From assembly GCA_965228875.1 (NCBI GenBank), contig OZ245843.1, positions 4,136,616 through 4,200,615 of the forward strand: a stretch of DNA of 64,000 nucleotides. The letters are read 5' to 3'. The DNA comes from Thalassobaculaceae bacterium. GTDB taxonomy: Bacteria; Pseudomonadota; Alphaproteobacteria; Thalassobaculales; Thalassobaculaceae. The translations under genes and the position numbers were made by a program. The notes under the pieces were generated by a model, which searched no databases, was not told the DNA's origin, and worked only from the letters and a program-made list of their open reading frames with translations. Below are positions 52,233 through 64,000 of this stretch, piece after piece (positions within the stretch are counted from its first letter, which is position 1; each line of letters begins with the position of its first letter).

Positions 52233-52263
52233 CCCGACCCGCCCCCATTCAAGGAGACCGACC

Positions 52264-53700
52264 GTGACCCAGCCGTGCGACCTTTCGGCCGTGGAGGCAC
52301 GCCGCCTGATCGGTGCCAAGGAGCTTTCGCCGGTCGAACTTCTGGCCTCCTGCAGGGCCCGCGTCGAGGCGGTCAACCCGACCCTGAACGCGATCCCGAC
52401 GACCTGCTGGGACCGGGCGGAGGACGAGGCGAAGGCGGCCGAGGACGCGGTGATGCGGGGCGACGACCTGCCGCTACTGCACGGCCTGCCCCTCGGGGTG
52501 AAGGAGACCATGGTCAGCGGCGGCGTGCGCACCACCTTCGGCTCGCCGATCTTCGCCGACAACGTGCCCGAGAAGGACGAGCGTCTGGTCGCGGCGGCCC
52601 GGTCGGCAGGCGCGGTCGCCGTCGGCAAGACCAACGTCCCGGAATTCGCCCTCGGCGCCAACTCAACGAACCCGGTGTTCGGCGCGACGGGCAACCCGTT
52701 CGACCCGGCTCGGATCTGCGGCGGCTCCTCCGGCGGATCGGCCGTCGCGCTGGCGACCGGCATGGTCCCGGTGGCGCTCGGCTCCGACACCGGCGGGTCC
52801 CTGCGCACGCCGGCGGCGTATTGCGGCGTTGTCGGATATCGACCGACGCCGGGGCTGGTGCCGATGTCCGGACGGGCGACCGGGTGGAGCTGCATCTCGG
52901 TGCAGGGCCCGATGGGCCGCGACGTGCCGGATACCGCCCTGCTGCTGGCGGCGATCGCCGGCTCGGACCCGGTCGATCCGCTCGCCTACGACGTCGATCC
53001 GTCGATCTTCACCCGGCTGCCCGACGTGGACCTGTCGACGCTCCGCGTGGCGGTATCGGAGGATCTCGGTTTCGCGCCCGTCGATAACGGCGTGCGCGAG
53101 ACGTTCCGGGCGGCGGTGCGGGACATTCGCGGCGTCTTCCGGGAGGTGGTCGAGATCGACCCGCCGCTGCAGGATTCCGACGAGATCTTCGCGATCCTGC
53201 GCTCGCTGCAGTTCATCGACCGGTTCCGGCCGCACTACGAGAACAAGCGCGATCTGCTCGGCCCGAACGCGATCGCGAACTACGAGGAGGCGTTGGGCTA
53301 CACCTTCGCCGACGCCGCCTGGGCACAGACCCAGCAGACGATGCTGTACCGGCGGTTCCTGAGCTTCATGGAGGAGTTCGACGTCATCCTGTCGCCGATG
53401 GCGGCCGTGCCGCCGTTTCCGGTCGAGCAGCTTTACCCGACGCACATCAACGGCGAGGAACTGCGCAGCTACTTCCATTGGCTCGGCCTGTCCTACGGCA
53501 TAACGATCACGTCCCACCCGGCGATCACCATCCCCTGCGGCCTCGATCCGACCGGGACCCCGTTCGGCCTGCAGATCAGCGGCAAGCGCTACGGCGATTA
53601 TCGCCTGCTCGGCATCTCGGCGGCACTGGAGGCCCACATGGCGACGATTCCGGCCCGGTCCCGCCCGGTGCCCGACATCGCGGCCCTGTCCTCCCGCTAG
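52264..53700 (+). CDS. Amidase signature family enzyme
   Basis: LHGLPLGVK, GKTNVPEF, GGSSGGSA, GSDTGGSLRTPA (Lys-Ser-Ser triad). Confidence 0.93.
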   Translation: MTQPCDLSAVEARRLIGAKELSPVELLASCRARVEAVNPTLNAIPTTCWDRAEDEAKAAEDAVMRGDDLPLLHGLPLGVKETMVSGGVRTTFGSPIFADNVPEKDERLVAAARSAGAVAVGKTNVPEFALGANSTNPVFGATGNPFDPARICGGSSGGSAVALATGMVPVALGSDTGGSLRTPAAYCGVVGYRPTPGLVPMSGRATGWSCISVQGPMGRDVPDTALLLAAIAGSDPVDPLAYDVDPSIFTRLPDVDLSTLRVAVSEDLGFAPVDNGVRETFRAAVRDIRGVFREVVEIDPPLQDSDEIFAILRSLQFIDRFRPHYENKRDLLGPNAIANYEEALGYTFADAAWAQTQQTMLYRRFLSFMEEFDVILSPMAAVPPFPVEQLYPTHINGEELRSYFHWLGLSYGITITSHPAITIPCGLDPTGTPFGLQISGKRYGDYRLLGISAALEAHMATIPARSRPVPDIAALSSR

Positions 53701-53738
53701 ATCAAAGTCACGATCAGATAACGACATCCGATCGCGCG
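53697..53738 (+). repeat. Partial (left-arm) copy of the palindromic intergenic repeat
   Basis: CTAG...CACGATCAGAT-AACG-ACATCCGATCGCG resembles the left arm of copies A and E. Confidence 0.5.
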
Positions 53739-53784
53739 GGCGTGGCGCCGCTTCGGCGGCCCCGCCGCGGGATGTCGCGGGGTA

Positions 53785-53798
53785 TTGATCGGTGTCAA
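53785..53798. promoter_or_regulatory. FNR/FixK-type box upstream of ftsH
   Basis: TTGAT-CGGT-GTCAA, the same variant as upstream of hsp20. Confidence 0.65.
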
Positions 53799-53871
53799 TG
53801 TAAGGAGGAGCCGGACGGGCGAGGCTCAAGGCGTGCTTCGGAGCGAAGGAGCCGGAAGGACGCCGATCCCG

Positions 53872-55812
<1,941 letters not shown>

Positions 55813-55898
55813 TCGAGGCATTGAAAAGACGCGGCCGGACGGGGATATACTCGCGCCCGACCGGTAGCGGAACGTGAGCGGCGACATAGTGACGGGAC

Positions 55899-56426
55899 AT
55901 GGCAGACAGGCTTGACGCCAAGACCTTCAGTTTCTCACCGCTGGTCGACCCCCGAGCGAGCGGCAACCCCTTCCTGATCGAACTCTATGAATGGTGGCTG
56001 GGGCTGCGTCCGCCGGGCCGACGCATGCCCGCGTGGTCGGACGCCGAGATCATCGACCTGAAACCGTGGATGGGGTGGTTGACGATCTATGGCCTGGAAC
56101 CGGACCGGTCGGATGCACGATACCGCCTCGTCGGCAGTGCCTTCGCGGAAGCCGCCGGTTACGACATGACAGGCAAGATGCTGTCGGAAGGGGCATACAC
56201 GCTGACCCCCGAGATCGTGCTCGCGAACCTGTGCCGCATCAGCGACCACGGACATGCCTGCGTCCAGGAGAACCCGCTCGACATCACGCCGACCCGCTTC
56301 GCCCGGCCGTCCCAGCGGCTGTGGATGCCGTTCGCCGAGGACGACCGCACCGTCGACCGCATCCTGCTGTACTACAGCCAGGTCGAAATCGTCGTGCCGC
56401 CGTTCGGCCGCGGCCGCGACCCGTGA
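55899..56426 (+). CDS. Stand-alone PAS-like (PAS_5/DUF1457-type) protein
   Basis: LYEWW....MP.W, RYRLVGS....GYDMTGK, RLWMPF..D...VD.IL. Confidence 0.7.
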   Translation: MADRLDAKTFSFSPLVDPRASGNPFLIELYEWWLGLRPPGRRMPAWSDAEIIDLKPWMGWLTIYGLEPDRSDARYRLVGSAFAEAAGYDMTGKMLSEGAYTLTPEIVLANLCRISDHGHACVQENPLDITPTRFARPSQRLWMPFAEDDRTVDRILLYYSQVEIVVPPFGRGRDP

Positions 56427-56557
56427 GAGCGGGCGGGCGGGGCGTTGCCATCGGCGCGCGCCGCGGATCCGCCCCGGGGGACAGCCCCCTCTTCGTCCGG
56501 CGCGCCGGGCCTGACAGCCTCTCGTATGCCGGCGCCGTCTCCAAGGCGTCCCGTTGG

Positions 56558-56605
56558 ATTTCGTATTCATTTCGATTATCGTCTAAACGAACCCTTTAGC
56601 GAAAC
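56558..56605. promoter_or_regulatory. Putative GlpR operator upstream of glpR
   Basis: TTTCG repeats at 56559 and 56570 (11-bp period), then inverted CGAA units. Confidence 0.55.
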
Positions 56606-56618
56606 GGGCAAGCCCATC

Positions 56619-57383
56619 GTGTTTCTCTCAGATAGACAATCGGAGATCGTCGACCTGGCACGCTCCGAAGGTCGCGTCCTCGTCGATGCCCTGGCCGAAC
56701 GGTTCGGCGTGACGCCGCAGACGATCCGAAAGGACCTGAACGACCTGTGCGACGCGAAGATGCTGCGCCGGATCCATGGCGGCGCGGTCAATCCGTCGGG
56801 AACCGAGAATGTCGAATACGAGCAGCGCCGGCAGATCGCCGCCGACGAGAAGGCGGCGATCGGCCGGGAAGCGGCGAGGCTGGTGCCCGACGGCGGGTCG
56901 CTGTTCATCAATATCGGCACCACCACCGAGGCCGTGTCCGAAGCGCTTCAGAACCATCGACGGATGATGGTCATCACAAACAATCTTAATGTAGCCAACC
57001 GGTTGCGCCACCTCCCGTCGTTCGAGGTGGTGATCGCCGGGGGTATCGTGCGACCCTCCGACGGCGGTATCGTCGGCGAGGCCGCCGTCGATTTCATCCG
57101 CCAGTTCATGGTCGATTACGCGATCATCGGAGCCTCCGCCCTCGACGGGGACGGGGCTCTGCTGGACTACGATTTCCGCGAGGTGAAGGTCGCGCAGGCG
57201 ATCATCAAGAACGCCCGGAAAGTGATCCTGGTGGCCGATTCAACCAAGTTCCAGGCCACCGCGCCCGTTCGGATCGCCCACATCTCCCAGGTCGACGTGT
57301 TCGTCACCGACCCCGGCGTCCCCTCCCGGATCCAGCAGCTCTGCCGGGAGAACGACGTCGACCTGATCAGGGCTGAACCATAG
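56619..57383 (+). CDS. glpR: DeoR-family glycerol-3-phosphate regulon repressor
   Basis: FGVTPQTIRKDLNDL, RIHGGA, SLFINIGTTTE, LLDYDFREV; upstream of glpD. Confidence 0.92.
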   Translation: MFLSDRQSEIVDLARSEGRVLVDALAERFGVTPQTIRKDLNDLCDAKMLRRIHGGAVNPSGTENVEYEQRRQIAADEKAAIGREAARLVPDGGSLFINIGTTTEAVSEALQNHRRMMVITNNLNVANRLRHLPSFEVVIAGGIVRPSDGGIVGEAAVDFIRQFMVDYAIIGASALDGDGALLDYDFREVKVAQAIIKNARKVILVADSTKFQATAPVRIAHISQVDVFVTDPGVPSRIQQLCRENDVDLIRAEP

Positions 57384-57398
57384 GATGCAGGGAATCCG

Positions 57399-57446
57399 TT
57401 TTCGATTGTTGTTCAGTTGAATTTCGATTATTTTCATTAACGAAAG
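57399..57446. promoter_or_regulatory. Putative GlpR operator upstream of glpD
   Basis: TTTCG/GTTCA/TTTCG/TTTCA at 57400, 57411, 57422, 57432, followed by AACGAAA. Confidence 0.6.
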
Positions 57447-57492
57447 AAGTGAGAGCCCGCGAACGGGCTCCGCATTAGGGCTGGAGACACTC

Positions 57493-59019
57493 TTGGACGA
57501 GACGCCCGTCGATCTTGCGATCATCGGTGGCGGCGTGAACGGGTGCGGCATCGCCCGCGACGCGGCGGGACGCGGCCTCAGCGTGCTGCTCTGCGAGAAG
57601 GGCGACCTCGCCCAGGGCACCTCCTCGGCCTCGACCAAGCTGTACCACGGCGGCCTGCGCTATCTCGAATACCTGGAGTTCCGGCTGGTGCGCGAGGCGC
57701 TCAAGGAACGCGAGGTGTTGCTGCGCGCGATGCCGCACATCGCCTGGCCCATGCGGTTCGTGCTGCCCTACCATCGGGGTCTGCGGCCGGCCTGGCTGCT
57801 CCGCCTGGGACTGTTCATCTACGACCACCTGGGCGGTCGAGAGATCCTGCCGCCGACCGAGACGCTGGACCTGCGGGACGGACCGATCGGCGCCGTCCTC
57901 AAGGACGGGTTCGCGACGGGCTTCGAGTATTCGGACTGCTGGGTGCAGGACTCCCGTCTGGTCGTGCTCAACGCCCGCGACGCGGCGACCCGCGGTGCAG
58001 CGATCCATGTGGGAACGAGCTGCGTCGCCGCCGAACAGGTCGACGGACTCTGGCACCTGCGGCTCCGCGACGAAGGCAGCGGCGCCACCCGCACCGAACG
58101 GGCCCGGGCGCTGGTGAATGCCGGAGGGCCCTGGGTCGACCGGATCATCGGCCAGAGTCTGCGGCTCAACACAAGCGACCGCATCCGCCTGGTGCGTGGC
58201 AGCCACATCGTGGTGCGCAAACAGTTCGATCACGACCGCGCCTACATCTTTCAGAACGCCGACAAGCGGATCGTCTTCGCCATTCCCTACGAGAGCGGGT
58301 TCACGTTGATCGGGACCACGGACCGCGATCACGACGCCGATCCGGCGGCGGCAGCCTGCACGGACGAGGAGGTCGCCTATCTCTGCTCCGCCGTTTCCGA
58401 GTATTTCCGCCGGCCGGTGACCCCCGAAGACGTGGTGTGGACCTTCTCCGGTGTCCGCCCGCTCTACGACGACGGGGCGAAGTCGGCGACGGCGGCCACC
58501 CGCGACTACGTCCTCAAGGTCGAGCAACCGGGCGGCGGCGCGCCCGTCCTGAACGTCTTCGGCGGAAAGATCACCACCTACCGGCGGCTGGCGGAGGCGG
58601 CGATGGAGAAGCTCCGACCGTTCTTCGCCACCATGGGCGGGGCGTGGACCGCAACCGCCCCGTTGCCGGGCGGCGACTTCGCCGTCGACGGCGTGAAGGG
58701 CCTGATCGAGCGCCTGCGCGCGCGGTACGGGTTCCTCGATGCCGACTGGGCGGCGCGGCTGATCCGGACCTACGGCACCGACGCGGTCGAGGTGCTGGGA
58801 AGTGCCGAGAGGGTTGCCGATCTCGGGCGGGATTTCGGCGCGACGCTGAGCGAGGCGGAGGTGACGTGGCTCATGGAAAAGGAGTGGGCGCGCACCGCCG
58901 AGGACGTGCTCTGGCGGCGGACCAAGCTCGGCCTGCGGGTGGACGCGGATCAGGTGGGCGCGCTCGACGGGTGGATGCGGGCGGCGCAGCCGGGCCGGAT
59001 CGCGGGCGAAACCCGATGA
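57493..59019 (+). CDS. glpD: FAD-dependent glycerol-3-phosphate dehydrogenase
   Basis: IIGGGVNGCGIARDAAGRGL, TSSASTKL.HGGLRYLE, GVRPL, GGKITTYR, WRRTKLGL; TTG start after GGAG. Confidence 0.95.
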   Translation: MDETPVDLAIIGGGVNGCGIARDAAGRGLSVLLCEKGDLAQGTSSASTKLYHGGLRYLEYLEFRLVREALKEREVLLRAMPHIAWPMRFVLPYHRGLRPAWLLRLGLFIYDHLGGREILPPTETLDLRDGPIGAVLKDGFATGFEYSDCWVQDSRLVVLNARDAATRGAAIHVGTSCVAAEQVDGLWHLRLRDEGSGATRTERARALVNAGGPWVDRIIGQSLRLNTSDRIRLVRGSHIVVRKQFDHDRAYIFQNADKRIVFAIPYESGFTLIGTTDRDHDADPAAAACTDEEVAYLCSAVSEYFRRPVTPEDVVWTFSGVRPLYDDGAKSATAATRDYVLKVEQPGGGAPVLNVFGGKITTYRRLAEAAMEKLRPFFATMGGAWTATAPLPGGDFAVDGVKGLIERLRARYGFLDADWAARLIRTYGTDAVEVLGSAERVADLGRDFGATLSEAEVTWLMEKEWARTAEDVLWRRTKLGLRVDADQVGALDGWMRAAQPGRIAGETR

Positions 59020-59059
59020 CGGGCGAACGGGGCAGGGCCGGAACGGGAAGGCGGGTCGC

Positions 59060-60151
59060 ATGACGCTGAAACTGGATACCGTCTCCAAGGTCGTGGGCGC
59101 CGAGACCCACATTCATCCGACGACGCTCGAGTTCGCCGCCGGGACGATGAACGTGCTGCTCGGCCCGACGCTCGCCGGAAAGACCACGTTGATGCGGTTG
59201 ATGGCCGGGCTCGACCAGCCGACGGCCGGGCGCATTCTCTGGCAGGGCGAGGACGTCACCGGCATGCGCGTCCAGGACCGCCGGGTCGCCATGGTGTACC
59301 AGCAGTTCATCAACTACCCCGCCATGACGGTCTACGAGAACATCGCCTCGCCATTGCGGCTGCGCGGTCTGGACGCGGCGGCGATCGACGCCAAGGTGCG
59401 GGCGGCGGCGGCGATGATGAAGCTGGACGACCGTCAACTCGCCCGCCGGCCGCTCGAGCTGTCCGGCGGCCAGCAGCAGCGCTGCGCGCTGGCCCGCGCC
59501 CTGGTGAAGGAGGCGGGCCTCGTCCTGCTCGACGAACCGCTTGCCAACCTCGACTACAAGCTGCGGGAGGAACTGCGCGCCGAGATTCCCCGGATCTTCG
59601 AGGAGTCCGGCGCGATCTTCGTCTACGCCACCACCGAGCCGCACGAGGCGCTGCTGCTGGGCGGCAACACGGCCTGTCTGTGGGAGGGCAGGGTGACCCA
59701 GTTCGGCCCGACGCCGAGCGTCTACCGGATGCCGGCCGACGCGACGACGGCGCGGGTGTTCTCCGATCCGCCGATGAATTTCGCTCCGCTGACGAAGTCA
59801 GGCCCCTCCTGCCGGTTCGAAGGCCAGGACGCCTCCGCCGACGCCCTCGGCCTCTCGGCCCTGCCGGACGGCGCGTATCTGGCCGGATTCCGGGCCAATC
59901 ATCTGCAGATCGAGCGGCCGGGGCCGGCGGCGATCGAGTTCCGCTGCCAGGTCGCCGGTACCGAGATCATGGGCTCGGAGAGTTTCGTTCACGTCGTGTG
60001 CGGCGGCGACCGGTGGACCGCCCTGGTGCATGGCGTGCACGACCTGCCCTATCACACCGAGCGCTCGGTCTTCGTGGACCCGTCGCATATCTACGTCTTC
60101 CAGCAGGACGGGGCGCTGGCCGCCGCCGCGTCCTACGCGGCACGGGCCTAG
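59060..60151 (+). CDS. glpS: Glycerol ABC transporter ATPase
   Basis: GPTLAGKTT, MVYQQFINYP, LSGGQQQR, DEPLANLDYKLRE, YATTEP. Confidence 0.85.
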   Translation: MTLKLDTVSKVVGAETHIHPTTLEFAAGTMNVLLGPTLAGKTTLMRLMAGLDQPTAGRILWQGEDVTGMRVQDRRVAMVYQQFINYPAMTVYENIASPLRLRGLDAAAIDAKVRAAAAMMKLDDRQLARRPLELSGGQQQRCALARALVKEAGLVLLDEPLANLDYKLREELRAEIPRIFEESGAIFVYATTEPHEALLLGGNTACLWEGRVTQFGPTPSVYRMPADATTARVFSDPPMNFAPLTKSGPSCRFEGQDASADALGLSALPDGAYLAGFRANHLQIERPGPAAIEFRCQVAGTEIMGSESFVHVVCGGDRWTALVHGVHDLPYHTERSVFVDPSHIYVFQQDGALAAAASYAARA

Positions 60152-60160
60152 GAGGCGGCG

Positions 60161-61275
60161 ATGGCACGGATCACCCTCGAGGGCCTGGCCCATTCCTACG
60201 CCGGCAACCCGACCGGCCGGGACGACTACCAGCTCAAGCCGTCGATCGACCACGTTTGGGACGACGGCGAGGCCTACGCGCTGCTCGGCCCTTCGGGCTG
60301 CGGAAAGACGACGCTGCTGAACATCATCTCCGGCCTGCTGGTGCCGTCGCGGGGGCGCATCCTGTTCGACGAGACCGATGTCACGCAGCTGCCGACCGCG
60401 GCGCGTAACGTGGCCCAGGTGTTCCAGTTCCCGGTGGTCTACGACACCATGACCGTCTACCAGAACCTGGCGTTCCCGCTGCGGAACCGCGGCATGGACG
60501 CCGCCTATGTCGACCGGCGCGTGAAGACCATTGCCGAGATGATCGGCATGTCCGGCGATCTCGACCGCCGGGCCCAGGGGCTGACGGCCGACGCCAAGCA
60601 GAAGATCTCGCTCGGCCGCGGCATGGTGCGCGAGGACGTGGCCGCGATCCTGTTCGACGAGCCGCTGACGGTGATCGACCCGCATATGAAGTGGGAACTG
60701 CGTACCGAGCTCAAGGCGCTCCACCAGGAGTTCCGCCACACCATGATCTACGTCACCCACGACCAGACCGAGGCCCTGACCTTCGCCGACAAGGTGGTGG
60801 TGATGCTGGACGGCGAGGTGGTGCAACTCGGCACACCGGAGGAACTGTTCGAACGGCCGGCGCACACCTTCGTCGGCTTCTTCATCGGCTCGCCGGGCAT
60901 GAACGTTCTGCCGGCCGCGATCGACGGGGACACCGCGGTGGTCGGCGGTCATCGCGTCCCGCTCGGCCGACCCTATGCCGCCGGTGACGCGGGCACGACC
61001 GAGATCGGCGTGCGGCCCGAGTTCGTCCGCCTGAGCGATAGGGACGAGGGCCTGCCGGTACGGGTCAAGCGGGTTGAGGACGTGGGCCGCCATCTGATCG
61101 TCCGCACCGAGTTCGACGGCCGCGAAATCAACGTCATCGCGCCTGAGGGGAGCGGCATCTCGGACCGGCACAACCGTCTGGTCTTCGATCCGGCGGCCGT
61201 CCACGTCTACCGCGACGGCTGGGTGGTCGACAGCGAGGACCGGCGGGTGGGACCGGCGGGCGGAGGAGACAGGCC

Positions 61276-61279
<4 letters not shown>
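60161..61279 (+). CDS. glpT: Glycerol ABC transporter ATPase (GlpT of the ABC system, not the MFS GlpT)
   Basis: GPSGCGKTT, QVFQFPVVYD, LTADAKQKISLGRG, DEPLTVIDPH. Confidence 0.83.
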
Positions 61280-62936
<1,657 letters not shown>

Positions 62937-62954
62937 TCGGGGGAGGGCGGACAC

Positions 62955-63236
62955 ATGGAACTCGCCTGGATGGCCTGGACCTGGCAGACCGGCACCTTCT
63001 TCGCGGTGATCGCCCTGCTGCTGGTCGGCATGAGCGTCTGGGAATGGGCGCGGCCGGGCGGCGACCCGCGCGACGGCGTTCTCGGCCTGCACACCACACG
63101 CGGCGATCGGCTGTTCATCTCGCTGCTGAGCGCCGCCTACATCCATCTCGCCTGGCTGGCGCTGACCGGCCTGCCGCTCTGGGGGGCGACCGTTCTCGCC
63201 CTGATCGTGGCCGCCGCCATTTTCCGGTGGGTCTGA
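62955..63236 (+). CDS. glpU: Small membrane protein DUF2160 (GlpU)
   Basis: WMAWT..T..FF, R.GVL...TTRGDRLFISLL, FRWV. Confidence 0.82.
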   Translation: MELAWMAWTWQTGTFFAVIALLLVGMSVWEWARPGGDPRDGVLGLHTTRGDRLFISLLSAAYIHLAWLALTGLPLWGATVLALIVAAAIFRWV

Positions 63237-63366
63237 GCGGCCGGCGGGATCGAACACGGCGGCGACACCTGCCGCCCAAGAAACTCGGACGGCCGGGCCG
63301 ATGGCGCCGGCGGTCCGTGGACGCGGTCACGGCGAACGTGATCCGCATGATGGAAGGGAGGATACG

Positions 63367-64000
63367 ATGAGAACGAGACTTCTGGCGTCGGCCGCCGCCG
63401 TCGCCATGCTCTGGGGGGCCGGATCGGCCGTCGCGGGCATGGCGGAGGCGGAACGCTGGGTCGACAGCGAGTTCCAGCCGTCGGCTCTGTCGCGGGCGGA
63501 TCAGCTCAAGGAGATGGAGTGGTTCATCCAGGCGGCCGAGCCGTTCCAGGGCATGGAAATCAACGTCCTGTCCGAGACCATTCCGACGCACGAGTATGAA
63601 TCGAAGGTCCTGACCAAGGCGTTCGAGGAGATCACCGGCATCAAGGTCAACCATCAGCTGCTCGGCGAGGGCGAGGTCGTCCAGGCCGTGCAGACCCAGA
63701 TGCAGACCAAGCGGAACCTGTACGACGCCTACATCAACGACAGCGACCTGATCGGCACCCATTCGCGCCTGCAGCTCGCCTACAACCTGTCGGAGTTCAT
63801 GGCGGGCGACGGCAAGGACGTCACCAACCCGATGCTCGACATCGACGACTTCATCGGCAAGTCGTTCACCACGGGACCGGACGGCAAGCTCTACCAGCTT
63901 CCCGACCAGCAGTTCGCCAACCTCTACTGGTTCCGCAAGGACTGGTTCGACCGCGAGGACCTGAAGGCCCGGTTCAAGGAGATGTACGGCTACGACCTCG
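63367..64000 (+). CDS. glpV: Glycerol ABC transporter substrate-binding protein (runs off the window end; absent from the ORF track)
   Basis: Manual translation MRTRLLASAAAVAMLWG...EFQPSALSR..QLKEMEWF...SETIPTHEYE...DAYINDSDLIGTH...LPDQQFANLYWFR. Confidence 0.88.
   Translation, partial: MRTRLLASAAAVAMLWGAGSAVAGMAEAERWVDSEFQPSALSRADQLKEMEWFIQAAEPFQGMEINVLSETIPTHEYESKVLTKAFEEITGIKVNHQLLGEGEVVQAVQTQMQTKRNLYDAYINDSDLIGTHSRLQLAYNLSEFMAGDGKDVTNPMLDIDDFIGKSFTTGPDGKLYQLPDQQFANLYWFRKDWFDREDLKARFKEMYGYDL

Overview
A 64-kb GC-rich chromosomal window from an alphaproteobacterium, probably of the Rhodospirillales type (inferred from gltD-gltB order, PAS_5 and DUF1194 proteins, CtrA boxes and a glpRD-STPQUV cluster). 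It is mostly metabolic: glutamate synthase, a partial nicotinate-degradation-type cluster (XDH-family FAD subunit, fused 2Fe-2S/Mo subunit, 6-hydroxynicotinate reductase, UPF0280), acyl-CoA ligases and dehydrogenase, a peptide-type ABC transporter with an amidase, a second-copy-type FtsH and a glycerol uptake operon. No rRNA, tRNA, CRISPR, integrase or transposase was recognised. Most notable: (1) a ~116-bp palindromic intergenic repeat in 5 full copies and 1 partial copy, which supplies TAG stop codons to neighbouring genes and brackets two accessory gene blocks in direct orientation; (2) an RTX-type secreted protein with a recently duplicated domain resembling phage/GTA fibre carbohydrate-binding domains; (3) a Zur-boxed block pairing a COG0523 GTPase with a zinc-ligand-retaining FolE; (4) a soluble globin-MCP-PilZ chemoreceptor, plus matching FNR/FixK boxes before hsp20 and ftsH; (5) two CtrA boxes upstream of a PleC/DivJ-like PAS kinase; (6) a candidate small RNA between tsaC and a FAD oxidoreductase. 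All calls come from reading motifs by eye; no database searches were run.
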